A stretch of 64,000 nt of DNA from Planctomycetota bacterium (GTDB lineage: Bacteria > Planctomycetota > B15-G4). Position 1 is the stretch's first letter. Each line of letters opens with the position of its first letter. Below the pieces are notes generated by a model that searched no databases, was not told the DNA's origin, and worked only from the letters and a program-made list of their open reading frames with translations. The DNA is taken from positions 4,576,001 through 4,640,000 of the forward strand of contig CBDFJQ010000002.1 of NCBI GenBank assembly GCA_965248575.1, read 5' to 3'. Shown in pieces: positions 27,605 to 36,586 of this stretch. The position numbers and the translations under genes were made by a program.

Positions 27605-29004
27605 CGTCCTGGGTCCGCGGCGGGTTCGGGAGCTGGTTGCACCCCGTCACCGTGCGTCACGACCTGCTCGGTGAAGGTGATGCCCGCCTTCGCGAGTTCC
27701 CGCAGCACCGGCTGGTAAATCGACGGGTGGGTCGGGATCCGGCTCCCGGTGAGTGGGATGCCACCCTCCAAGAGCAGCTTGACGGCGACGGCCGTGGGCA
27801 GGCCCACCGTGCGTGCCATGGCCGTGAAGCCGTCCGGCTCGCCGCGCTCGACCATGGTGGACGTGATCGTCTCGCTCGGTCGGTCCTGGTCGGGGTAGTC
27901 CACCTCCAGCTCGTGGACGAGCACGACCATGTCCCGCTGCCCTGGCTCCAGGGGCAGCTTCCGGGACATCAGGTCGACGAGCATCGCAGCCGCGGTCTCG
28001 CCGGGGCAGCCCGTCGGGTCCTCGGAGAGCAGGCCCAGCCAGCGCAGGTTCTCCATGATGCTGCCGGTGGGGCTGATCTGCAGGAAGTTCGCGATGCGTT
28101 GCTCTAGCGGTGCCTCGGTGTGCGTGAGCGGCAGGTGCATCTCCACCACCTCGGCGTACGTGCGGTGCGCGAGGTCCGGAATACGCAGGGTCTCGTTGGG
28201 CAGGCCCAGGCGCACGATCTGCGCCCAGGTCTCGCACCACCCGGGGTAGCGCAGCGTGCCGCGGATCATGGTTCGCACATCGTCCAGGCCGAAGGCCTGC
28301 ATGTACGAGAGGGAGTCGCGGTTGGGGTACGCCTCCAAGACGCCGATGCCCGGCACGTCCACGGCCCAGGTGTGATGGAAGACGTGGTGGTAGGGCACGA
28401 TCTTGATCTTGCCGTCCTGCATGTACTGGGCGCCGTGTTCGGCGGACATGACGACGTTGCGCGGGTTCCAGCTTACGACGTAGCGAAGTGGGTTGAGCGT
28501 GCCCTCAGGGGCCGGGATGCCGCTGCCGTACGAGCGGAAGGAGTGGACGCGCCCACCCTCGTCGTGGACGCGGCGCAGAATCTGCATGGCGGACATGTGG
28601 TCGATGCCCGGGTCCAGCCCGAGGTCCGTCAACAGCAGCACGCCCTTGCGCTGTGCATCGGGAGAGAGGTCGCGCACGGCCTCGTCGTCGTAGCTTACGG
28701 AGAGCATGTGCCGGCCGTGGGACACGCAGTCCCAGGCCACAAGGCCCTGGAACACGGGAGAGAGCATGTTGACGACCACATCGGACTGCTCGATGGCGGC
28801 CGAACGCAGGTTGGCGTCGTTGATGTCGAAGGAAATGGCGGTGCCGCGGTCGTGCCCGTCGACGCAGCGGCGCGCGTTTTCGATGTCGATGTCTCCCACC
28901 GTCACGAACCAGTCGTGCTCGGAGGCCAGCTTGAGCAGGTGTGCGATGAGGTAGGGCGAGCTCTTGCCCGCCCCGAGCACGAGGACTTGCTTCACGACTT
29001 GCAT
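27601..29004 (-). CDS. Saccharopine dehydrogenase family protein
   Basis: VLVLGAG, GLDPGIDHMSAM, SWNPRNVV, LEAYPNRDSLSY, RGTLRYPG, AMARTVGLP. ATGA overlap with the downstream gene. Confidence 0.92.
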   Translation of the reverse strand: MQVVKQVLVLGAGKSSPYLIAHLLKLASEHDWFVTVGDIDIENARRCVDGHDRGTAISFDINDANLRSAAIEQSDVVVNMLSPVFQGLVAWDCVSHGRHMLSVSYDDEAVRDLSPDAQRKGVLLLTDLGLDPGIDHMSAMQILRRVHDEGGRVHSFRSYGSGIPAPEGTLNPLRYVVSWNPRNVVMSAEHGAQYMQDGKIKIVPYHHVFHHTWAVDVPGIGVLEAYPNRDSLSYMQAFGLDDVRTMIRGTLRYPGWCETWAQIVRLGLPNETLRIPDLAHRTYAEVVEMHLPLTHTEAPLEQRIANFLQISPTGSIMENLRWLGLLSEDPTGCPGETAAAMLVDLMSRKLPLEPGQRDMVVLVHELEVDYPDQDRPSETITSTMVERGEPDGFTAMARTVGLPTAVAVKLLLEGGIPLTGSRIPTHPSIYQPVLRELAKAGITFTEQVVTHGDGVQPAPEPAADPGR

Positions 29005-29167
29005 CCAGAAGGGGAGGCGGCAGGAGGCCGGTCGACGAAGCCGCCGACGAGCCTGACCGGGCGGGCATCATAGGCCTGCGGGACCCCGGTCGGGGAGTTC
29101 CCCGGGAAGATTGGTCGGCTCTGGTTCGATGGACGGGCCGGGCGCTCGGGCGGGTACAGTGCCGGCG

Positions 29168-30598
29168 ATGTCCCACGTCCGCCAGGCCGATGCGTCCCCG
29201 GGGGAGCGACGCCAGCTCGTCCGAGCTCTGACGCTGGTCCCTGCCGCGTCCGTAATCCTGGCGAACGTGATCGGGACCGGCGTGTTCGTGAAGGCACGCG
29301 TGATGACGTGCAACGTCGGGACGCCGGGCATGGTGCTGGCCGTCTGGGTCGTAGCGGGCCTGCTGTCACTCGCCGGCGCGCTCATCTACGCGGAGCTGTG
29401 CACGATGATGCCACGCTCCGGGGGCGAGTTTCACTTCCTCGGCGCCGCCTATGGACGTCGCTGGGCGTTCCTCTATGGCTGGACGAAGACCGTGGCCCAA
29501 GGTGCTTCGGTGGCGGCTGTGGCCATCGTCTTCGTCGTGTTCCTCAACGACCTTGTGGGCGGATCGTTGCCCGCATACGCAGTGCGCTGGCTGCCGGTCG
29601 TCGTGATCGCAGTGGTCACGGGGCTCAACCTGGCGAGCATGCGCTGGAGTGGCCACCTGGCGACGGTGCTGACGGCCGTCAAGGTGCTGCTCGTGCTGTG
29701 CGTGGCGGTAGGAGGCTTCCTGCTCGCCGATGGATCGTGGGAACACTTTGGCCAGAGCGGCGCACTGGGTGGCTGCGCAGGCGTCCCCGAGAGCGCGCGC
29801 CTCGGGCTGAGCGGCTTCGGCGCGGCCATGCTCGGCGCGCTCTGGAGCTACAACGGCTCCAACGTCATCGCGGCCGTGGGCGGTGAGGTCCACGACCCCG
29901 CGCGCACGCTCCCGCGGGCGCTGGTGGGCGGCAGCCTGCTCGTCATGGCGCTCTACCTGCTGCTGAACACGGCCTTCTTCTACGTGCTCTCTCCGACCGA
30001 GGTGGCGAGCGTCCCCGAGTCGTCGTCCGTGGCCCAGGAGGCAGCCTCTCGGTTCCTCGGGAGCGCGGCGACCGCGGTGATGGCTGCGGGCCTCATGGTT
30101 TCCGCCTACGGCACGCTGCACACCACGATGCTGACGGGGCCGCGGGTTCCCTATGCCCTGGCGCGGGCTGGCCTCCTGCCGAAGATCGTGGGGCGTCTCT
30201 CGGTGCATGCCGTGCCGGCCGTCGCCATCCTCGGCATCGGGCTGTGGTCCATCGTGCTGACCTTGTCGGGCACCTTCGACATCCTCACGGACATCTACGT
30301 CTTCGTGCTCTGGGTCTTCTACGGCATGACGGGCGCGGCCTTGTTCGTTCTGCGGCGAAAGTTCCCCGACGCCGAGCGGCCGTACCGCGTCTGGGGTTAC
30401 CCGATCGTGCCGGCGCTGTTCCTGCTCGTCACGGCTTTCCTACTGGTGAACACGCTCGTCGCGACGCCGGGGCGTGCGCTGGCGGGGCTCGGTCTGATCG
30501 CCGTCGGGCTCCCGGTCTACGCGTACTTCTCGCGCCGGGCTGGCGCGTTGGAGACGCCGTCCTGGCTCGGTGGGGAGGGGTCGGAGGCGGGAAGGTGA
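29168..30598 (+). CDS. APC family amino acid permease
   Basis: VIGTGVF, YAEL..MMPRSGG, GGEVHDPARTLPRA, RPYRVWGYP; about 12 TMs. Confidence 0.93.
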   Translation: MSHVRQADASPGERRQLVRALTLVPAASVILANVIGTGVFVKARVMTCNVGTPGMVLAVWVVAGLLSLAGALIYAELCTMMPRSGGEFHFLGAAYGRRWAFLYGWTKTVAQGASVAAVAIVFVVFLNDLVGGSLPAYAVRWLPVVVIAVVTGLNLASMRWSGHLATVLTAVKVLLVLCVAVGGFLLADGSWEHFGQSGALGGCAGVPESARLGLSGFGAAMLGALWSYNGSNVIAAVGGEVHDPARTLPRALVGGSLLVMALYLLLNTAFFYVLSPTEVASVPESSSVAQEAASRFLGSAATAVMAAGLMVSAYGTLHTTMLTGPRVPYALARAGLLPKIVGRLSVHAVPAVAILGIGLWSIVLTLSGTFDILTDIYVFVLWVFYGMTGAALFVLRRKFPDAERPYRVWGYPIVPALFLLVTAFLLVNTLVATPGRALAGLGLIAVGLPVYAYFSRRAGALETPSWLGGEGSEAGR

Positions 30599-30707
30599 GT
30601 CGCAGTGGGGACAGCTGGGGTTCAGGGCAAGGAGCGCCGATTTGACTCGCCAACCCTTTGACTCGTATTCTGATGCTGGAGTCAGTTGATAGACGAGGAG
30701 ATCCGCC

Positions 30708-32498
30708 ATGAGACTGCAGACCGTGTGCCTCGTACTGGTCGCCAGCGCTCTTTCGCTGGGGGGGTGCATCACGAAGAAGGCGCTCAAGGAACGGTTTCCC
30801 GATCCCTGGCCGACGATCAGCAGTCTCGAGTTCGACTGTTGTGGCGATCACGAACAAGCACGAGTGACCATCACGGGCAGGCATCTCGACGCCCATGTCA
30901 CAAGGGTCTTGTTCTCCTACCCTCCGTGGGAGGCGCTGATTGAGCCGGCGGACATTCTCTTTGACTCATCCGAAGTCGAACCCGACATGGGCACGCTGTC
31001 GTTCCGAGCGCCGGCCACGCCTGGAATGACGGAGTTGCTCGCAAACGTCTCCGTCGAGGTCTCCTACTTCGACCGGTGGCATACCATCGGCAACCTGCCG
31101 TTCGAGTTCGTCAGACACCCCGATCTCACTTCCATCGAGCCACCGTCCGGACCGGCTGCCGGCGGTACGGAGGTCACCATCACCGGGGAGGATTTCTCCG
31201 GGAGCTCTGCCAACCTCGGCTTCAATGAGTTCAACTGGTCGCCGATCAGGATCACCTTCATGAGCGAGACGCTGATCCGAGGTGTGACCACGGCGCACCC
31301 AGCGGGTCATGTTCCACTGATCGTGATCAATGATCCGGACGAATGCCCCGCAAGCGACAGGCTGTCCCAGGCTTTCGAGTACACCGGGGAGCTGCCAGAC
31401 AAGGGATTCGCCCTCTCGGTCGGAGGTTCGCTGCAGTACGTCGCGATCGGCGACGTCGTCGATGACCCAGGAGGCCAGAACGACGTCGTCGTCGTTGGCG
31501 ATGGCGACTCGACGGCCTACCTCATGGTCTTGCGCGGCGACGGCTTGGCGCCGGTGTCGTTCGTCGACCTGGGCGAAGTGACTCCGCGCGGCGTGACGCT
31601 CGCCGATTTCGATGGCGACGGCCACCTGGATGCCGCAGTCCCTCTCGAAGTCGATGCCGAGGGCCCTCTCGATGACAGCACCGGGCAGGTCGCAATCCTG
31701 GCCAACACGGGATCCGCGGACGTGTTCTCTCTCGCGGCTCATGTCCCAGTCGGAAGCCAGCCTTTCGGCATCACTCACGCCGACTTCGATGGGGACGGCG
31801 ACGAGGATCTTGCGACACCGAATCGGAGTGGGACCGTGTCGGTGCTCCTGGGCAACGGCGACGGCAGCTTCGCTGCATCGTGGGACTCGGTCATCACGGG
31901 CAGATCAGGCGCGACAGATCTGGTCTCCATCGCCACCATTGATTACGACCGCTCGGGGCAGGCGGATCTGGTCGTCGCCAGCCGTGATACGGATGAGGTC
32001 TTCGTCCTAGCGACCAACTTGCGCGAAGAGTCCGAGGACTCTCTTGTCGTCGTGCTCTCAGAGGACGACGGAGTCACTCTCGACGCGGGTGACCAACCGT
32101 GGTCGGTCGTGGGCGCTGATTTCAACGCCGACGGCATCGACGACGTCGCCGCGGTGAATCACGGGGCGAGCACATTCAGCTTGTTCCACGGGCACCCCGA
32201 CGAAGACGAAGAGTTCGTCACGTTGCCGCAGCAGGAAATCGAGGACTCCCCCGCTGTCATGATCGGTGGGGACTTCGGGGTCGATGGCTGGCTTGCAATC
32301 GGCTACCGGAGCGAGGGAGGTCTGATCGAACTCAAGGAGGGCGTCGAGCGACGCCGGATCTTTGGGCTGAATGAGCCAGGAGGCGAGATCCTCTCCATGG
32401 CGGCTGGAGACCTGAACGGTGACGGAATCGACGATCTCGTGATCGGCATGGAAGGGGGCAGCTCGATCGTCGTCGTCCTGAGTCCCTACTACCCTTGA
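30708..32498 (+). CDS. Lipoprotein with IPT/TIG domain(s) and FG-GAP/VCBS repeats
   Basis: Lipobox LGGC; SIEPPSGPAAGGTEVTITG; ADFDGDG repeats. Confidence 0.85.
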   Translation: MRLQTVCLVLVASALSLGGCITKKALKERFPDPWPTISSLEFDCCGDHEQARVTITGRHLDAHVTRVLFSYPPWEALIEPADILFDSSEVEPDMGTLSFRAPATPGMTELLANVSVEVSYFDRWHTIGNLPFEFVRHPDLTSIEPPSGPAAGGTEVTITGEDFSGSSANLGFNEFNWSPIRITFMSETLIRGVTTAHPAGHVPLIVINDPDECPASDRLSQAFEYTGELPDKGFALSVGGSLQYVAIGDVVDDPGGQNDVVVVGDGDSTAYLMVLRGDGLAPVSFVDLGEVTPRGVTLADFDGDGHLDAAVPLEVDAEGPLDDSTGQVAILANTGSADVFSLAAHVPVGSQPFGITHADFDGDGDEDLATPNRSGTVSVLLGNGDGSFAASWDSVITGRSGATDLVSIATIDYDRSGQADLVVASRDTDEVFVLATNLREESEDSLVVVLSEDDGVTLDAGDQPWSVVGADFNADGIDDVAAVNHGASTFSLFHGHPDEDEEFVTLPQQEIEDSPAVMIGGDFGVDGWLAIGYRSEGGLIELKEGVERRRIFGLNEPGGEILSMAAGDLNGDGIDDLVIGMEGGSSIVVVLSPYYP

Positions 32499-32610
32499 TG
32501 ATGCGAGGCAGGAAGCGGCGCACGGTTTGAATTGCCGGACACAGCAACAGCGCCGGGGCCCCCTCTAGCGCTGGCCCACTTCCGGTCGCGGTGATCCTCC
32601 GGCACGGGCC

Positions 32611-33873
32611 CTACGGCAGCGGCTCGAGCATGAAGGCGCGAATCTCTTGCTTCGCGAAGCCGATGCTCCGCTGGCCGAAGCCGACGATCGCGCCCGCGTC
32701 GTTGATGTCTGTGGCTTGGACGAGCGTCCAGCCGTCGCCGCCTTCCTCGACCAGATCGTTGAGGTCGTAGAAGACTCCTTCGACACCGACCACCGCGCGG
32801 ATTGCCCCACCAAAGTCGTCCGCGTAGCCCACGATCACCTCGCTCGAGTTGATTCCGAGCGGGACGGTGAACTGGTCCTCGTACGAAGGCAGCGCCGTCA
32901 GACTCACTCCGTGCCAGAGGCAGACGGTGTTGCCCGTCAACACGCCGTAGGCCTGCCCCACGATCGTCCCCTGCGCATTCACGGCCGTCGCCGCCGACCA
33001 GAGAAACTGGTTGATGTCGGGCAGCTCGCTCATGCCCGTGGCGGTCCAGCTCACGGCGCGCGTCGGGTGGATTGGGGACAGTGCGCGAGTGCCCACGATG
33101 AGCCCGCTGTCGTTGATGTCGTTCGCGGTGCTTGAGGCGTCCGAGAGATACGTCAAGTCTCCGTTCGCCCAGTGGAACGCGGCCTTCTTGATACCCGGTG
33201 CATCCGGCTTGCCATCCGGGAACAGATTGGTGGGGAACCGCACCACGCCGACCACCTGGTCCGCGTTGTTCACGGCGTTGGCTTCCGTCACGCCAAAGGA
33301 GTCCCAGTCGTAGATCTCCTCAATGAGAACGCCCTTCCAGAAGTAGGCAGCCTCGTAGTACACCTGGTTCGTGTTGGGGTCCTGGAGGACGTATCGACCC
33401 ACGACCTTGCCGTCGTCGTTGATGTCTGCCGAGCTTGACCGGAAGGCCGACCAGTCAGTGGGATAGATCCAGCTGTACTGCCCGGCTTCCCACACACCTG
33501 CGCGCAGAATCCTGGGCGCCGAGAGAGCGGATGCGAGCGACTTCGCGAAGCCTGGAGAGAGCACGGACGTGGTGCCCTGTCCCGCCACTTGCCCGGACTC
33601 GTTGATCGCGTGCGCGTAGCTACGCTGGTCGGGCCGCTGAAATGCAGGGTGGTAGGGGTAGGGGTTGTTGTAGTCGCCGGGGCCTTCCCCGGACATCACG
33701 CGGTGGATGAACTCCTCCTTCTCCCACTGGTCCAGCGCGGCGTACTCCTGCGTGGGAGGGCCGACGTAGGTGAGCCGGTAGTGAGGCACACCTTCAGACC
33801 CAGGCGGAAGCGCAGCGCAGGACATGAAGGAGAGCAGGACGAGGGACTGGAGGACGGTTGTTGAACGATGCAT
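32611..33873 (-). CDS. Extracellular HAF-type repeat protein, possible lipoprotein
   Basis: Repeats A..IN..G.[VI]VG; C-terminal DLNDLV..WTLVQATDINDAGAIVG..RAFML. Confidence 0.85.
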   Translation of the reverse strand: MHRSTTVLQSLVLLSFMSCAALPPGSEGVPHYRLTYVGPPTQEYAALDQWEKEEFIHRVMSGEGPGDYNNPYPYHPAFQRPDQRSYAHAINESGQVAGQGTTSVLSPGFAKSLASALSAPRILRAGVWEAGQYSWIYPTDWSAFRSSSADINDDGKVVGRYVLQDPNTNQVYYEAAYFWKGVLIEEIYDWDSFGVTEANAVNNADQVVGVVRFPTNLFPDGKPDAPGIKKAAFHWANGDLTYLSDASSTANDINDSGLIVGTRALSPIHPTRAVSWTATGMSELPDINQFLWSAATAVNAQGTIVGQAYGVLTGNTVCLWHGVSLTALPSYEDQFTVPLGINSSEVIVGYADDFGGAIRAVVGVEGVFYDLNDLVEEGGDGWTLVQATDINDAGAIVGFGQRSIGFAKQEIRAFMLEPLP

Positions 33874-34025
33874 GGACTCTTCTCCCGGATGCTGTGCCCG
33901 TGACACCTCGACGGGGGGCTGACGCCCCCGGAGGCCGTGCCAGCCGACCGTAGCTCAGGACGGCGAGTTCGCCGATACGTAGTGATGCGTAGGATCCCTT
34001 CGCCGGATACGCCACTCTGTATCCC

Positions 34026-35765
34026 GTGAGCGGACATGGCCACCAGGAACGTATCGAGCAGTTGCTCGCCGAGTTCGCCGAACGGCGCGAGGACGGTGAA
34101 GCGCTCGACGCCGAGCGTTTCGCTGCCGAGCATCCGGACCTGGGTGATCGGCTTCCCGCTGCCCTCGCCGCGCTTGAGAGTACGGAGGCGCTGTTCCCTG
34201 GCCCGGACCAGCCGACGCGCGTCGGCCCCTATCGCGTGCTCGACGAGCTGGGTCGCGGGGGCATGGGCCGCATCTTTCGCGCAGAGCACGAGGATCGACC
34301 CGGCGAGTTCGTTGCGCTCAAGGTCCTGCACGTGGGCCTCGATGGGCAGCCGCGCGCGCTCGAACGCTTCAGGCGCGAGGGCGAGGCCCTGAGTCGGCTG
34401 CGGCACCCGGGCATCGTGGCTGTCCACGAGGTAGGGCTTGCCGGCACGCGACCATTCCTGGCCATGGAGATCGTCGATGGCTCGTCGCTCGCGGCACGAC
34501 TCCGTGCGGGTTCCTGGCCGAAGGCTGACGATGGCCGGCGCGCTGCGATCAGATTGACGGCCTTCTGCGCGCGCGCGCTCGCCGCGGCACACGAGCAGGG
34601 GATCTGCCACCGCGACATGAACCCGCGCAATATCCTCGTGCGCGCGTCGGATGGAGAGCCAGTGATCGTCGACTTCGGCCTCGCCCGCTCCGAGGATTCC
34701 CCGACGCTCACCGCCACGGGCGACATGCTGGGCACACCGTCGTCCATGTCGCCCGAGCAGGCACGCGGCGAACGCGTCGACGCGCGCAGCGATGTGTGGA
34801 GCCTCGGCTCCGTGCTGCATGAGCTGGTCACGGGCCAAGCGGCGCGCTCGGGACATGACACGCTGGCGCTGATCCGCGAAGCAGGGACTCGGCCCGTCCC
34901 GCGCGCGCGGCGCGTGTGCCCCGATGTTCCTGCGGACTTGGAGCTGGTCCTAGGGCGCGCGATGGCGCACCGGCCCGCATGGCGCTACCCCGACGCCGCT
35001 TCCTTCGCGGACGACCTTGAGCGCCTGCTACGTCACGAGAAGCCCCTCGCCCGCGGCCCCTCGGCGGCGGAGCGGGTCCACCGGCTCTGGAGCGGGCATC
35101 GGCTGCTCATGTCAGTCGCGGGTGCGCTCGTTCTCGCGTGCCTCGTGGGCTACGCCGCGAGCCGCGTTGAGCCGCCGGGCGAGGCGGCCCGACGTGCGGC
35201 GCAGGCCATGGATCAGGCCGTCAGCGCGTGGATCGATGGAGACCTCGACGCGATGGACGCGCCGCTCGACGCGCTCGAGGCCACGGCGCCCGATCACCGA
35301 TTTCTCTCCTACCTGCGCAATCTGAAGCAGGGGGGCTTGCCTGACGCGTCGGACGACCCCGCCGTCCGCGCACTCGTGGAAGGTGAGCGCCTGCGCCTCG
35401 CGGGCCAAACCGAACAGGCGTTGCGTCAGTTCGACATCGCGTGGAATCTCGCGCCCAACACTCCGCTGATCATGCTTTCGATGGCGCTCGGCGCGCGTGA
35501 AGCCGGGCGGACGCAAGACGCGCAACGGGCCTTCGAGCTGGTGGCGTTCCACTACGGCGGCGCGGTGGAGATCCACCGGTCGCTGGCAGAGCTGTACCTG
35601 GTGAATGAGTTGCCGCTGGACGCGGTCAAGGCGAGTGACGCAGCTCTCGCCCTCGCGCCGGAGCGGGCCGACTTGTGGAAGATCGCTGCCCGCGCGCGGT
35701 TGGCGACGGGCGATGCGGCGGGCTCCCGGGAGGCCGAGGCCCAGGCCACACGATTCGACGGATGA
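34026..35765 (+). CDS. Hanks-type Ser/Thr protein kinase with TM and TPR C-terminus
   Basis: LGRGGMG, VALKV, HPGIV, HRDMNPRN, DFGLA, MSPEQ, DVWSLG. Confidence 0.92.
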   Translation: MSGHGHQERIEQLLAEFAERREDGEALDAERFAAEHPDLGDRLPAALAALESTEALFPGPDQPTRVGPYRVLDELGRGGMGRIFRAEHEDRPGEFVALKVLHVGLDGQPRALERFRREGEALSRLRHPGIVAVHEVGLAGTRPFLAMEIVDGSSLAARLRAGSWPKADDGRRAAIRLTAFCARALAAAHEQGICHRDMNPRNILVRASDGEPVIVDFGLARSEDSPTLTATGDMLGTPSSMSPEQARGERVDARSDVWSLGSVLHELVTGQAARSGHDTLALIREAGTRPVPRARRVCPDVPADLELVLGRAMAHRPAWRYPDAASFADDLERLLRHEKPLARGPSAAERVHRLWSGHRLLMSVAGALVLACLVGYAASRVEPPGEAARRAAQAMDQAVSAWIDGDLDAMDAPLDALEATAPDHRFLSYLRNLKQGGLPDASDDPAVRALVEGERLRLAGQTEQALRQFDIAWNLAPNTPLIMLSMALGAREAGRTQDAQRAFELVAFHYGGAVEIHRSLAELYLVNELPLDAVKASDAALALAPERADLWKIAARARLATGDAAGSREAEAQATRFDG

Positions 35766-35838
35766 CAAGCGCGTCGAATCCCGATCGCGGCGACGAGTCC
35801 ATGACCGAGAACCGCACCGGCCCCGTTACGATGGCGCC

Positions 35839-36447
35839 ATGACCACCTTTCCCCAGGGCCCCGACGAGAGCGTGTCCCTGGACCTGGTGACGCGGATCCG
35901 CGGGGGAGACCAAGCTGCCTTCGACGAGCTCTACCGTCGCTACCACGACCAGCTCCTGTTCGTGGTGCGCGTGCGGCTGGGCCCCGGCCTGCGACGCTGG
36001 CTGCAGAGCGAGGACATCTTCCAGAGCGTCGCGCGGGACGCGCTCACCGCTCTGGGTCGCTTCGAGTACCGCGGGCCGGGGAGTCTCGATCGTTACCTGG
36101 AGACCATGGTGCTCAACAAGATTCGTGATCGCTCGGATACCTTCGGCTCGCAGAAACGGGCCGGTGCCGTGCCGCTCACGGAGGCGCACCTCGCCGAACT
36201 CACCGATGGCGATGACAAGCTGCCCGGCTACCTCGACGACGAGCGCTTCGGTCGCCTCGAGCGCTGCCTGCAGGTTCTGCCCGAGGAGATGCGCGAGATC
36301 TTGCTGCTCCGCAAGGTCGACGGGTTGTCCAGCCGCGAGGTCGCCGAGCAAACCGGCCGCTCCGACGCCGCCGTCCGCAAGGCCTACTCGAGAGCGCTCG
36401 CGCGGCTGACCGCGCTCATGACCGCCGACCCGCCTGAGCAGGGCTAG
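35839..36447 (+). CDS. ECF sigma-70 factor (kinase-associated type)
   Basis: GDQAAFDELYRRY, SEDIFQSV, LPEEMREILLLR..GLSSREVAE..RSDAAVRKAYSRAL. Confidence 0.9.
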   Translation: MTTFPQGPDESVSLDLVTRIRGGDQAAFDELYRRYHDQLLFVVRVRLGPGLRRWLQSEDIFQSVARDALTALGRFEYRGPGSLDRYLETMVLNKIRDRSDTFGSQKRAGAVPLTEAHLAELTDGDDKLPGYLDDERFGRLERCLQVLPEEMREILLLRKVDGLSSREVAEQTGRSDAAVRKAYSRALARLTALMTADPPEQG

Positions 36448-36586
36448 GCACACGGGGCCCCAGGAACGCCGGGTTAGGCAGGCTGCGCCGAGGTTCGAGA
36501 AAAACCGGTCACATTCCAGACCGGCGATCCGCTCCTGTAGGTGGCCCGGTCTGCACTGGGCGGCAGACCTTCCGGAGATCCTCACC

